DNA of 64,000 nt from Callorhinchus milii. Its lineage: Eukaryota. Positions 24,041 through 35,477 of the stretch are shown piece by piece. The stretch covers positions 116,004,001 to 116,068,000 of the forward strand of contig NW_024704743.1 of the NCBI RefSeq assembly GCF_018977255.1. The letters are read 5' to 3'. Both the position numbers and the translations under genes were made by a program. The notes below the pieces were generated by a model. That model searched no databases and was not told the DNA's origin. It worked only from the letters and a program-made list of their open reading frames with translations. Within the stretch, counting starts at the first letter, position 1, and each line of letters starts with the position of its first letter.

Positions 24041-25254
24041 ATGTTGTTGTTGTGTACAGTCATCCAGGGAGGTTTATGAATGTAACAATTTGTAGACTAG
24101 GACACTTTCACGTGACTGCTAGCACAGTCAAAGCTGTCCCACAAGTTACCCCAGGAGAAGGGCGCTATATAAATGCAAGTTGTTGTTGTGACTGCCATAG
24201 CATGGCTAGTGATCAATACAATGCTATTTTTGTGTAATTATGTCTGTGAGAATATGGGGGGAGGGAGGGGAGAGAAAGGACATAATTTTTTTTTGGCATT
24301 GCCACCTGATTTAGTGTAACCTCCTTACTAACCACCCACAATTCTTCTCTCGTATTACTTGGCCAAAGAAAAATATTCCAAAAGGAAAACCTTGATGAAT
24401 TTTACAAGTTACTTAATCATGCCTGGAACAAATCTGATGGAATTTTATTCGATATAAATTAGGAATGCCAGGTGACTTTTATGACAAGGGTTTGAGTCTG
24501 TCAGAACACTGCACAATGCATTTAAGATCCCTGATATATTTGGTTATCTTTAATAAGCTTTGACGTTGTTCAGTTGTTTGGTTTACTTGTAGTTTACCAA
24601 ATGCAGGAATTCTTCCTACTCGGATGTGGTTAACCCTGTAAACCAAAGCCCTGAGGCGTAGGATGGTCTGAGCTGAATAAGCAGAGGGAAGCTTGCCAGA
24701 AACTTGCCTCTGAATGAAAACTATTGCTTCTCCTGACAGAACTGCTTTACGTTGGGGTTTTGTTCACAGGTAATTTTCAGTGCTTTGCCCATTTAAAAAA
24801 AAATGGTTATTCACTCCGTGACTATTTGCGGGGCATTGCTGTACGCAAATGGCTGCCATGTTTTGCCCACAAAATACACTGTCATTCGACTTTACAAGAT
24901 ACCCTGTGAAGCACTTTGGGACTTTTCAACAATATGTTAAGGCTCTATATCGAATGCAAGGATTATTATAATTATATCTACTCTTCAGAAACCAACTTGG
25001 CTCAGGCAGTAGCACTGTTGCTTCTTGGTCACGAGCTTTTGGGTTCTGGGTAACCAGACATCAGGCCGACCCTCTGTAATCCTGCTCAGCATCAGGAACC
25101 TCCTTTGGCTACAGTCCAGGTCTAAAGAGATCGGTGTGGAGTTCCATACAGTGGACATGGGACACGTACTTCAATTAGACAATTTATCCTTGGGTTTGAT
25201 AGAGTGACTTTCACACCGTGAAGATGCCTTGTACTGCTTTAACAAAAGCTTAAT

Positions 25255-25640
25255 AATAATAATAGTAAACCTGGCATTTGATATGGAACCTTATCATGTT
25301 GTGACGGCTTAACGCGTTTCACAAGAAATACCGTAAAGTGGGTTGACTGTGAATTTTGTGTGCGAACATGGCAGCCAATTGTGCACAGCAATATCCCACT
25401 GTAATGCCATGTAAATGGCTAATTCTGTTTGGCCTGGCCGTGGTAGAAACTCCCTTCTCTTTTCGAATAATGCCATTGGATTTTTAACATTTTTAATATT
25501 CACCTAAACATTTTAACGTTTCATCTGAAGCAGAGCACCTTCAACAATCCAGCGCAACCCCAGCACTGCATTGGGGTGTCAGTCTAGACGAGGAGCTCAA
25601 AGTCCTGATATCTTCTGACTCAAGAGGCAAGAGTGTAAGC
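25255..25640 (-). mobile_element. SINE family B
   Basis: Reverse-strand head, Deu domain and tail. Confidence 0.75.
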
Positions 25641-26749
25641 AAAGAGACAGAGCGGTGGGGTTGAGTGGAAATTGCAGATGTATGCAAGCTGAGGTAAATA
25701 GTCTGTCATTGCTTCTTACTGTCACATTAAACCTCACTTTAACTGAGTGCTGTGAAGTTCCAGAACCAACAGTACTAAACCCACTCTTGTATTGCAATGT
25801 CATAACATTGTTCTCGGATTGAAGAAGAAAATAACATGGTAGCGTGTGAGTCCAACGCCTCCTGAACACCCGCTTCACCATGTTGGTGTGGTGACAGAGG
25901 CACAGGCCCACACTCTTGCTGAAACACAGTTTTTTTTTGTTGCAGTTCTGTAAAGGCAAATCTGAACTAAATAATGATGAAGTCCCTATTGGTAGGGATC
26001 GGCGTGCAATACTTACAACATACTTACAACATACAACCCACAAATGACACAGTCGGAGGGCATTCAGCCTATTTTCTTGTGTCAGTGTTCACTCCTCCAA
26101 GAAGCCATTCATCCTTTCCCCATCCCCGCTAATATCCTTCTGCATGTGCTTGTCCAATTTTTTTAAATGCTGCGAATTGACTGCTCTACAGCATCCCTGG
26201 CAAATCACTCCATCCCCTGAACTAGCTCGGAGGGACTGAATCTAGTGAAGTCGCATTCATACATCGACGAAAATCTGGAGCAGATTAAAGTCTAGAACAA
26301 ATAACAATGTGTGGTAACAATCTAATCGATGACTACAGAGAGCAAAGTCCCGGGGTTCATAACCACACATCCTAAACTTTTACAGAACAGGAGTGTCAGC
26401 CTTCACTATGACATTGAGTCCCATCGTGGATTTGAATCAACCACTGTGTGCATTAAATAAATATAGGTGGGGCATTCAATTTCCCCTTAATCAACCAACA
26501 TTATTTCTCAACAAGCCTGGAATAAGGACGTCACAAACATTAATCTTTTTTTGTGAACATCATCACCCATCAAAGGATATGTAGTGCGATGGCAGCTTCT
26601 GGAGGCACAGAGATGAAGGAAACTCAGCACGAAAGCTCCAGATGTGATTGAAACCCACAGACAGGTTTGATGGACACAATGACTTATTTGGTCTTTCACT
26701 TCCTAGCTGTTTGGAGGACCGTCCTGGCGAGAAATGGCTGCTGTCTTTG

Positions 26750-27235
26750 CCCATCACCTGGCTCAGTCGGTAGCACTCTCACCTCTGTGTCAGAAGGTTT
26801 TGGTTACAAGCACTGTGTCAGGACTTGGAACTCATATAGTCTAGGCTGACACTTCAATGTAACGTTGGGGGGAAACGGGAGGGGCTTTCTTGTCAGAGGT
26901 GCCATCCTTCGAGGTCCCGTATGCCTATTCGGGCGGATATTCAAAATCCTATGGCAATGCTTGAAAAGAGAATACAGTTTCTCCTGGTGTCCTGGGCAAC
27001 AATCCTACAAATAAGATGGAGGATAAATAAAATTACTGCATGGTCATTCACTTCAAGTGCTCTGGGACGCTACCTCGCATGAACGGTGCTATATAAATGC
27101 AAGTTGTTGTTGTTTGTGTGACATTGGCTATGCGCAAATTGGCTACGGTATTTGCCTACAAAATACACACCTTAGTTTATATTCTGTGGAGTGCTCCGAG
27201 GTGTGCTTCCATCAAGTGTAAGGATTGTTATTATA
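26750..27235 (+). mobile_element. SINE family B containing a ~60-nt L2-b tail insertion (27053-27114)
   Basis: cctggctcagtcggtagcactctcacctctgtgtcagaagg head; Deu domain interrupted by caagtgctctgggacgc...aagttgttgttgtt. Confidence 0.82.
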
Positions 27236-27944
27236 ACAAATACATTGACAGTAATTTACCTGTGAAACTCTTTTAGGCATTTCGGTGTAATTAAATTGCA
27301 AACAACAAATAAATGTTTGCAAAAGATAGAGGAAAGGGCAAATGCTGCAGAGAAAAAAAAATCTATGTACAATGGCTAATTCCTGCAAATGTAAAATAAC
27401 TCATTAATTACAGAATAAACTATTTACCGAAAAAACTCTCAGCCTGATCAGCATCACAATAAATGTACTGTAACAAGCAAGGCCAACAAGAGAGGAATTC
27501 ATTAAGGAATATCGTTAATAAATGTAAACACAATTGAGCTTCATTACGGCTGAGACTCATTTTGCTATTCTGAAAGCCACACATTTATCTAAATAATTTT
27601 ATGGGGGAAATGTGTCATCACGTCAGAAATTATTAGTCAGCTGAAAAAAAAATTAGTTTATTTTCCAAGTGCAAAAAACAAGTCTGAAAATTGGAGGGAT
27701 TTTGATTTAACTTTTTTTGATGCGTCACTAAAGCTGCTTGGTGCCACAAAAGGTCCCAAATTCCAGCCAGTCTTAGCCATTTTATCTTAAATTGTGCAGA
27801 ATTGTGGAAAATTCTTAAATTCTGAATTTGGAAGCTGGTTTCTTTTTAAAGATCTGCAGAAAATACTACATTTTAAGAAAATGGTGCATGGGATGGGGAT
27901 AAGACAAGTTCCTGCTTCGGAGAAAAACCTTTTCAGAGTCAGCG

Positions 27945-28200
27945 AATCCTACAGCACATAAGGAGGCCATTCTGCCCATCGTGCCTGTGCTGATCTTTGA
28001 AGGAGCTATGCAATTAGTCCCACTCCCCCACTTTTTCCCCATCGCCTTCAATTTTTTTTTCTTTTCAAGTAAATATCCAATTCCCTTTTGAAAGTTATTA
28101 TGGAATTCGCTTCCACTACCCTTTCAGGCAGTGCATTCCAGATCATAACAACTTGCTGTGTAAAATAATGTCTCTTCATCTCCCCTCTGGTTCCTTTGCC
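27945..28200 (-). mobile_element. CR1 3' fragment
   Basis: Homologous to the 3' end of 34237-35477. Confidence 0.82.
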
Positions 28201-28224
28201 AATTTTCAAGGGGAAAGAAACATC

Positions 28225-28425
28225 AACACAACAACTTACATTTTATATAACGCCCCTTATGCAGGGTAGCGTCCCAGAGCACTTGACGGTGGCGGAACTC
28301 GACGCCATGCGCGGGGAGAGGGAGGTGAACGTAGGCTTGGTCGAATAGGAAGGTCTTCCGGTGTGACTTGAAAATTGGGAAGGAAGGGGCAAGATGAAGG
28401 GATACAGGAAGAGTATTCCAGAGTT
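28225..28425 (-). mobile_element. L2 3' fragment, subfamily b
   Basis: Matches 15465-15690. Confidence 0.8.
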
Positions 28426-29012
28426 TCTATGTATCCATGTATGTATTTCACACTGACCAAGTCAGACTGACCTCGGACTGACACCCACAGGAACTGCTAA
28501 AGTCATTATTTAAGTAAATTGCACAGCTGAAAAGTTGGCTGGCTGAGCTCAGAGGTATCATTTTGCATCATTCAGTCTTCGATTCCCATTTGGCAAGGAA
28601 TCCGAACCCAAGTCCATTATCTGAACTGTTCTGGCCTTGGAAGCACAAATTTTACCTTTTTAAAGGAAATCTGACTCCAAAAGCTTGGCCTTGGCACAGC
28701 ATCCCAATGGAAAATAGATGAACTGATCCCTAGCCTGGATTTTGCACCTTTTCCTTTATTGGACCAAAGTAACATGTTTAAGAATTTGTTTGTTTAAAAA
28801 AAAGGCAGCAAAACTTTAGAGTGCAGCAATGAAACTCCCTTCTTTTTTCAAGAAGTGCCATGCGATCTTTAACATCTGAACAGATGGTTTAACTTCTCAT
28901 TCAAAGGATGGCATCTCTGACAATGCACCCTCAGCACTGTAGGGTCAGAATGGACTGTGTGAGTTCAAATCCCAGTGTGGGGTTTGAACCCACAATCTTC
29001 TCACTCAAAGAT

Positions 29013-29415
29013 GAAGAATCTTTTAGCTCAGTGGTTAGAGCACTCGCCTCACAAGCGAGAGACCTGGGTTTGGTTCCCGGCAGGGCAAAAGTTTGGGCAA
29101 GTTTCCTTACTCCACATGCCTGATAATAATCTTTCAATATATACTCGCCTTAGAGGGGGTGCAACGTAGGGTCGAATGACCTACTTCTGCTCCTATTTCT
29201 TAGGTTCTTATGTTCTCAATAAACAAACAAATAAGTAATGATTTGGTCACTCAATCCACGACTGTTTGTGGGACACGACTGTGCGCAATTGGCTACTGAG
29301 TTTCGCCCACAAATATACAGTCAATTTTCTTTACAGTATATTCTGTGAAGCGCTTTGAAACTTCTAGAAGATGTGGAAAGCGCTATATCAAATACATGTA
29401 TTATTATTATATTAT
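29013..29415 (+). mobile_element. SINE family A with a CR1 3' tail inserted in its A-rich middle (about 29135-29216); abuts a minus-strand family B piece (28815-29012)
   Basis: gggtcgaatgacctacttctgctcctatttcttaggttcttatgttct lies between the SINE halves. Confidence 0.85.
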
Positions 29416-30369
29416 TTTACAACTGAGTGAGCCTCGCTGACACACAATGTATCTGCTCGGGGAGGTGTGAGTGTGCCCAGTGACTGGAGTATTGACTAGC
29501 TCTGAATATTGACAAATTCACGACCTGACAAGCTTTGAATGTGCTTTTTTGAACCCTTCCCCAGACATTGAAAGGGAGTTGCAAGAAAATGCTGCCTAGT
29601 GTAGTGACTGATTTTGAAAGCAAACCCATCAAACATTTCCCATCGCTAAATAGCCGTGAAGCGAGTAACCAACTGTCAGACAGAACACTAGGACAAATGT
29701 GCTTCCTTTTCCAATTGTTCAATGGGATCTTTCAACGTCCCCCTGAAAATCAGGGAGATGGATCCTTGGTTTCCATCAAATTACCAATGACTTGTTATCA
29801 GAACGTAATTAAATGATTTCCACTGTGGCTGTTAAGGGCTCAGCACCATGTTTTGTGGAGTTGCAATCAATTTCCAAAAGACATCACGCTGTGAATGTGT
29901 CATTCTGGGCCTCTAGTCCTTAGTTCTGGGATTCACTACTTCTGATACGCATCCTCTTTTATTTTAACTTTATATTATTGATTCATGAACCACTGCATTT
30001 GATCCCTGCTCTCCTCTCTGTGTTACAAATTCCCTTTGTTCCTTCGATCTGTTATGTACCTTTTCCCTCTGTGTGCTCCCAAGCCCCAGCCCTTATGCCT
30101 TCTCTCAATCCGCACCACCATCTCCTGCTGCTAAACTCGTCCATCAGATTTTGTTTTGCATTGATTTCCTGTCTTGTGTGTTTCCAGCAATGTCGCTTTT
30201 TGTTAAGTGATAAGTCGTAGGTGTTTGTTACAGATATCTATCTGTCTGTCAGACGCCGACTGCTGGAGCTTGCTGTTAAAGATGCCGGGTCAGGTCAGAC
30301 AGTCTTGTTGGTTTTACTCAGAAGGCAACTTTGACAGTGCATTTGATACAGCCCCTGCAAGTTTGAACC

Positions 30370-30700
30370 ATTTCAAAGCGCTTCACAGGAATTGCTGTAA
30401 AGGAATTACTGTTTTGTTGGTGAACATGGCAGCCAATTGTGATGAGCAATGTCACGCAAAGAGCCATAACCTGAACGACCAACTTCTTTAGGTAGAGTGT
30501 TGGCCAGGAGACTAGGAGAAGCTCTTTCTCTTTCCAAAAAGTGCTTTGGGATCTTTAATGTCCACCTGAACAGGCAGGTGGGAGGGAGGGAGGAAGGGAG
30601 CTTGGTTTAACGCCTCATCCAAAGGGCGGCACCTCCAACAATGCCACTCACCTCTCCAGCACTGCACTGGAGAGTGGGACTGGAATGTGGAACTCACTGC
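30370..30700 (-). mobile_element. SINE family B
   Basis: gggatctttaatgtccacctgaacagg...gtttaacgcctcatccaaagg (reverse Deu). Confidence 0.75.
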
Positions 30701-32249
30701 TGGAAGCTGCGGTCGAAGCAAAAAAAAGCATCTGTGAACTTAAGAGGAAGTTTGATGCATATTATTGACTCTCAGTCACATTCATCAAGATGTGGTATTT
30801 ATCCCTGGTGATAAATTGCACATCACATGTGTAATTTACCCACACCCCAGTGTAGCAAAAATTATAACTGTTCAGAGTGGTTTTGCTACTCACTGCTCAC
30901 CGTTTGCAACCATTGTGTAAGACTTTGACCACTTGAAGGAATGTCACTGTCTGACAATGGAGTTAATTGACTCCACATATTAATCCCAGAAATACCTCAG
31001 GGAGGTAAAATGTGAAACAGGAGCCCTCTAAACGCTGCGTCTGTAATGAGCTTAATCGGCTGCTCAGTATTCCCCAGGGCAAATAAATAAGCGAGCTTAA
31101 GAGCTTCAAGATGATTTATGGAGTTGGTAAACAATGTTCCTGACTCTCCCCCGTGCTCCTATATGTCACAATGTGGTTTGAGACGATCTCCTACGTGAAA
31201 GGCGCTATATAAGTGCGAGGTCTTGTTGTTGTGTTAACTGTAGGTCAGTAGGCCCTCAGTTATGTTTCGCCCACAAAATATACTTACAGTATATTCTCTG
31301 AAGCACTTTGAGATGTCTCAATGACGCGCTATATCAAATGCAGGGATTATTACTATTAAGCTGGGAAGGAGCTGGGCTGTGAATTGGTCCCCGCTCAGAC
31401 CCCAGAAACCTGAAGTAGCTTTGAAAATAATACAAGGCAAAGCTTTAGGGAAGGATTAAAGGGCCAGATTGTGAATTGAGACTGATGTGGAGACATTCTG
31501 CGTTGGGGGAGAAAGAAAGCCCTAAACGACTGTGGAGTGGGGAAAAAGGAATGGGTGTGGTCAGGAGGACCAGGGGTGAAGCCAACGAACCAGGGTACAG
31601 AGAGGAGGAACACGATGCCACACCCTTCACTCCCTTCCACTAGTTGTTACCACCCGATCACGTATTCCCTCACATCAGACTACCAATCACACAGACTCCT
31701 CACAATCTGTGCCCTACTTCTCCTCCCTCCCCCCCCCCCCCGGACGTAACTTGTGTGAGGACATCGGGTAAGGACAGGATGGGGCGTGGGTGCCTCATAG
31801 CTTCCTTAAGAAGGAAGTTCAGGATCTGGTGGAACGATGAGAGTCAGAGGAACTGAGGAAGGAAGTCAGCTCCTGCCGGATGACAGATTAGGGCTATATC
31901 TGGTGGTTGGATGGAATAGAAGTGGGGGAGGAATATTATTAGTGTGGGAGTTCTTGAGCTGAATTTTCATCTCCAAATCCTGATGGATTGAAGAAAGATG
32001 TGAGACTGAAGTTCTTCACAGATTTAGCTAGAAGATCGTTTGTCTTTAAAGTTAAGATCACACAGAATTGTGGAAAATTCTTAAATTCAGTCTTAATTTG
32101 GGAGCTGGTTATTATCTGTAGCTCTTAAAAAGAAACTAGCTTTCAAGTTCATAATAAAAATAGTTATATTTGATGCAGCTCCCTTAATGTCAATATATCA
32201 TAGTAATCACTGTTGTTTGGTGACTATTTTGAGACAAATATTTAAAGGA

Positions 32250-32357
32250 TTGGTCTCGCAAGCAAGAGGACCTGGGTTCAATTTCCAGGGAGGGCGAAGC
32301 ATTAGGCAAGTTTCCTTACTGCAAATGCAAGGATTATTATTATTATTATTATTATTA
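32250..32357 (+). mobile_element. Minimal SINE A (partial head fused directly to tail)
   Basis: ggcaagtttccttact|gcaaatgcaaggattatta; sits inside a minus-strand family B copy. Confidence 0.8.
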
Positions 32358-32626
32358 AATGCGGCAGCCAATTTGCACACAGCAATCCTACAACCAGCCA
32401 GGAGGTGAATGCTCAATTTTTCAGAGAGATTGTTGGCCAGGATATCAGGAGAAACTTCCTTATCTTTTTGAATAGTGCCATGACATTTTAACATCCACCT
32501 GAAAAGGTAGATGTGGCCTCAGTTTAACATATCATCTAAAGGATGATACCTGTGTCAATACAGCACTCCTTCCTCTTCCCCCACCCCTCCCCGCCCTCAA
32601 CACTGCACCAGATTGTTACTGTAAAC

Positions 32627-32830
32627 CAGGGTAGTCCAACCTTTTTGCTGCTGAGGGCTGGACACCCTATTTGACAAACGTTTAGTGGGCCGGATATGCA
32701 ATCTTTTTGTGTTTCCCTTCCAGAAACATAACATAACATGTTTGGGTTATGAAGGGAGCGGTTGGGCCAGATTATATGGAGGGAGTGGAAGGGAAGCGGA
32801 CGCGATTTGCCTGGGAACCACCAGTTGAGT
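32627..32830 (+). mobile_element. hAT/Charlie-like non-autonomous DNA element, copy 1
   Basis: Begins CAGGGTAGTCCAACCTTTT (Charlie/MER30-like terminus); homologous to 42443-42735. Confidence 0.6.
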
Positions 32831-33047
32831 TTAAAGGTCACAACAGAGAGCTTGACCTCACAACTTTACAATCCAGAGATGAGAGTGCTGCAAACTGACC
32901 CAGGTTCACAATCTAAATTGAGACTGAATAGAGATCTAAAATTTTAAGACAAAATGATCTTATAGGTTAACCCTAGATGGAATTGTGGATCTCCATTATC
33001 TAACCAGTGACATCCTGTGCCTCAAATTACTTTTTATACTTATATTC

Positions 33048-33445
33048 GGTGTCAGCCTGGCTCAGTTGGTAACACTTTTGCTTCTGATTCAGGAGGTTGT
33101 GGGTTTAAGCCTCATATCGTCTCATTTGACACTTGAACGCAACACTGCACTGCTGTTCTTCAGAGGAGACGTTAAACAGCGGTCCAGTCTGCCTATGCAG
33201 GTGCACATTAAACATCCCATGGCACTATTTCAAATAGGAGGAAGTTTCTCTTGGTGCCCTGGTCAACAATCCTCCGGATAAAAATTGAACATTCGCTTGA
33301 AGGCTGTTTGTGTGCAAATTGGCTGCTGTGTTCACCTGTAAAATCCACAGCCATTACACTTTATACTAAAGTGTTATAAAGTGCCTTTTAGACTTCCTCC
33401 TGATGCGAAAGGCTCTATATCAAATACAAGGGTCAATATTTTATT
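33048..33445 (+). mobile_element. SINE family B
   Basis: ggtgtcagcctggctcagttggtaac head, Deu domain and tail. Confidence 0.8.
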
Positions 33446-33839
33446 TATATCTATCCCACTGAATAGAGTCTGGTGTTAAACAAGTAGCAGGTGGAGCTGG
33501 CACCATCAGTGATGAAATCATTGAGTGAGGTAGGGAGGTGGGGTTGCGAGGAGCATCAATTTGACAAGAAAATGTTACATGTGGAACTGGGTTTGCTCAT
33601 TACAGCACTTGTCAGAATTTAAATTGTTTTGTTTCGGTAATGCTCAGGCTGGGAATTTTGCTTCCCAGCAAATAAATAATTGGATCTCAGATGGCTCAGG
33701 TGCTTTTGGCATCAGGCTTGGCAAGAGTAAATATCGGCCATATTCGTGCTATCCATTGCATAGTCAGTAGCACTCTTGCCTCTGAGTCAGATTGGTTGTA
33801 GGTATGTTATAGTAACATCTCCTATAGTCCTGTAGTCCT

Positions 33840-34236
33840 GTGGAGTCCTATAGCTCAGTGGTTAGAGCACTCACTTCGCAAGCGAGAGACCTGCATTCGA
33901 TTCCTGGCAGGGCAAAATGTTGAGCAAGTTTCCTTACTTACACCTCACAAGTTTCCTTGTTTACGCCCCTGTTTACCTAGCAGTAAGTAGGAACCCAGTT
34001 GTTAGTAGATCGGTAGATCGCTTTTCTGAGGTAATAAATTCTTCAAAAAATAATAATAATAATAATAAATTGGTCACTTCAATCCATGACTGTTTGTGGG
34101 ACACTGCTGTACGCAATTGGCTGATGCATTTCGCCCACAAAATATACAGTCAATTCACTTTACAGTATATTTTGTGAAGCGCTTTGAGACATCTTAAAGA
34201 TGTGATAAGGCACTATATCAAATGTAAGGACTATTA
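33840..34236 (+). mobile_element. SINE family A, long variant
   Basis: Complete head (anticodon CGC), long segment, Deu part, tail. Confidence 0.93.
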
Positions 34237-35477
34237 AGGTAGGTAAGGTGGATAAGTTGCCCGGTCCAGACGGAATGCAACCAAGGTTACTATGGGAGGC
34301 ACGGGTACAAATAGCGGAGGCTTTGGCTACAATTTTTCAATCTTCGTTGGACACAGGAGTGATGCCAGAGGACTGGAGAGTGGCCAATGTGACTCCCCTG
34401 TACAAAAAGAGAGTTGTCGTGAACGGCTGCTTTTCTGACTGGAAAGAAGTGTACAGTGGCGTCCCCCAGGGATCGTTATTAGGACCACTGCTCTTCTTAA
34501 TATACATAAATGATCTGGACTTGGGTATAGCAAGCACCATTTCCAAGTTTGCGGACAACACAACGTTAGGTAGGGTGGTAAACAGTGAGAAGGATAGGAG
34601 CCAACTGCAGGAAGACATAGACAGAATGGTAAAATGGGCAGACACATGGCAGATGAGTTTCAATGTAGAGAAATACGAAGTAATGCATTTTGGTAGAAAG
34701 AATGAAGGGAGGCAATACAGTCTAGGTAATACAATCTTAAGGGGGGTAAAAGAACAGAGAGACCTGGGGGTGCAGGTAAATTAATCCTTGAAGGTGGCCG
34801 GACAGGTAGATAAGGCTCTAAAAAGGGCAAATGGGATTCAAGGCTTTATAAATAGGGGCATAGAGTACAAGAATCAGGAGGTTATGATTAACCTTTATGA
34901 AACACTGGTTAGGCCTCAATTAGAATACTGCGCCCAGTTCTGGGCACCACACTATAGGAAGGATGTTAATGCATTGGAAAGGGTGCAGAGGAGATTTACG
35001 AGGATGGTACCAGGAATGAGGGACCTTGATTATGAGGAAAGGCTGGAGAGGCTGGGATTATTCTCATTGGAGCAGAGAAGGTTACGAGGAGACCTAATAG
35101 AGGTCTTCAAAATCATGAAGGGATTTGATAGGTTAGAAAGGGAAAAACTGTTTCCACTGGTGGGTGTGTCGGTGACTCGAGGTCACAGATTCAAAATAGT
35201 ATCTAAAAGAAGCAGAAGGGAAGTGAGAAGAAATTTTTTTCACGCAGCGAGTTGTTCGAATCTGGAACGCATTGCCTGAAAGGGCGGTCGAGGCCGATTC
35301 GATAACTACTTTAAAAGCGCGGTGGACGGGTATTTGAGGAGGATGGGTTTGCAGGGTTATGGGGAAAGGGCTGGGGAGTGGGATTGACATTAATTGCTCT
35401 ATTCAAAGAGCCGGCACAAACTCGATGGGCCGAATGGCCTCTTTTTGTGCTGTACAATTCTATGATTCTATGATTCT
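34237..35477 (+). mobile_element. CR1 LINE, 5'-truncated ORF2 with in-frame internal deletion and one stop
   Basis: PGPDGMQPRLL, DWRVANVTPLYKK|RVVVNG, GVPQGSLLGP, RPQLEYCAQFW, RRLRGDLIEVFK; TAA at 34782-34784; canonical (ATTCTATG)n end. Confidence 0.97.

Noticed and set aside
26010..26037. Short direct repeat acttacaacat x2
   Set aside because: Ordinary slippage duplication
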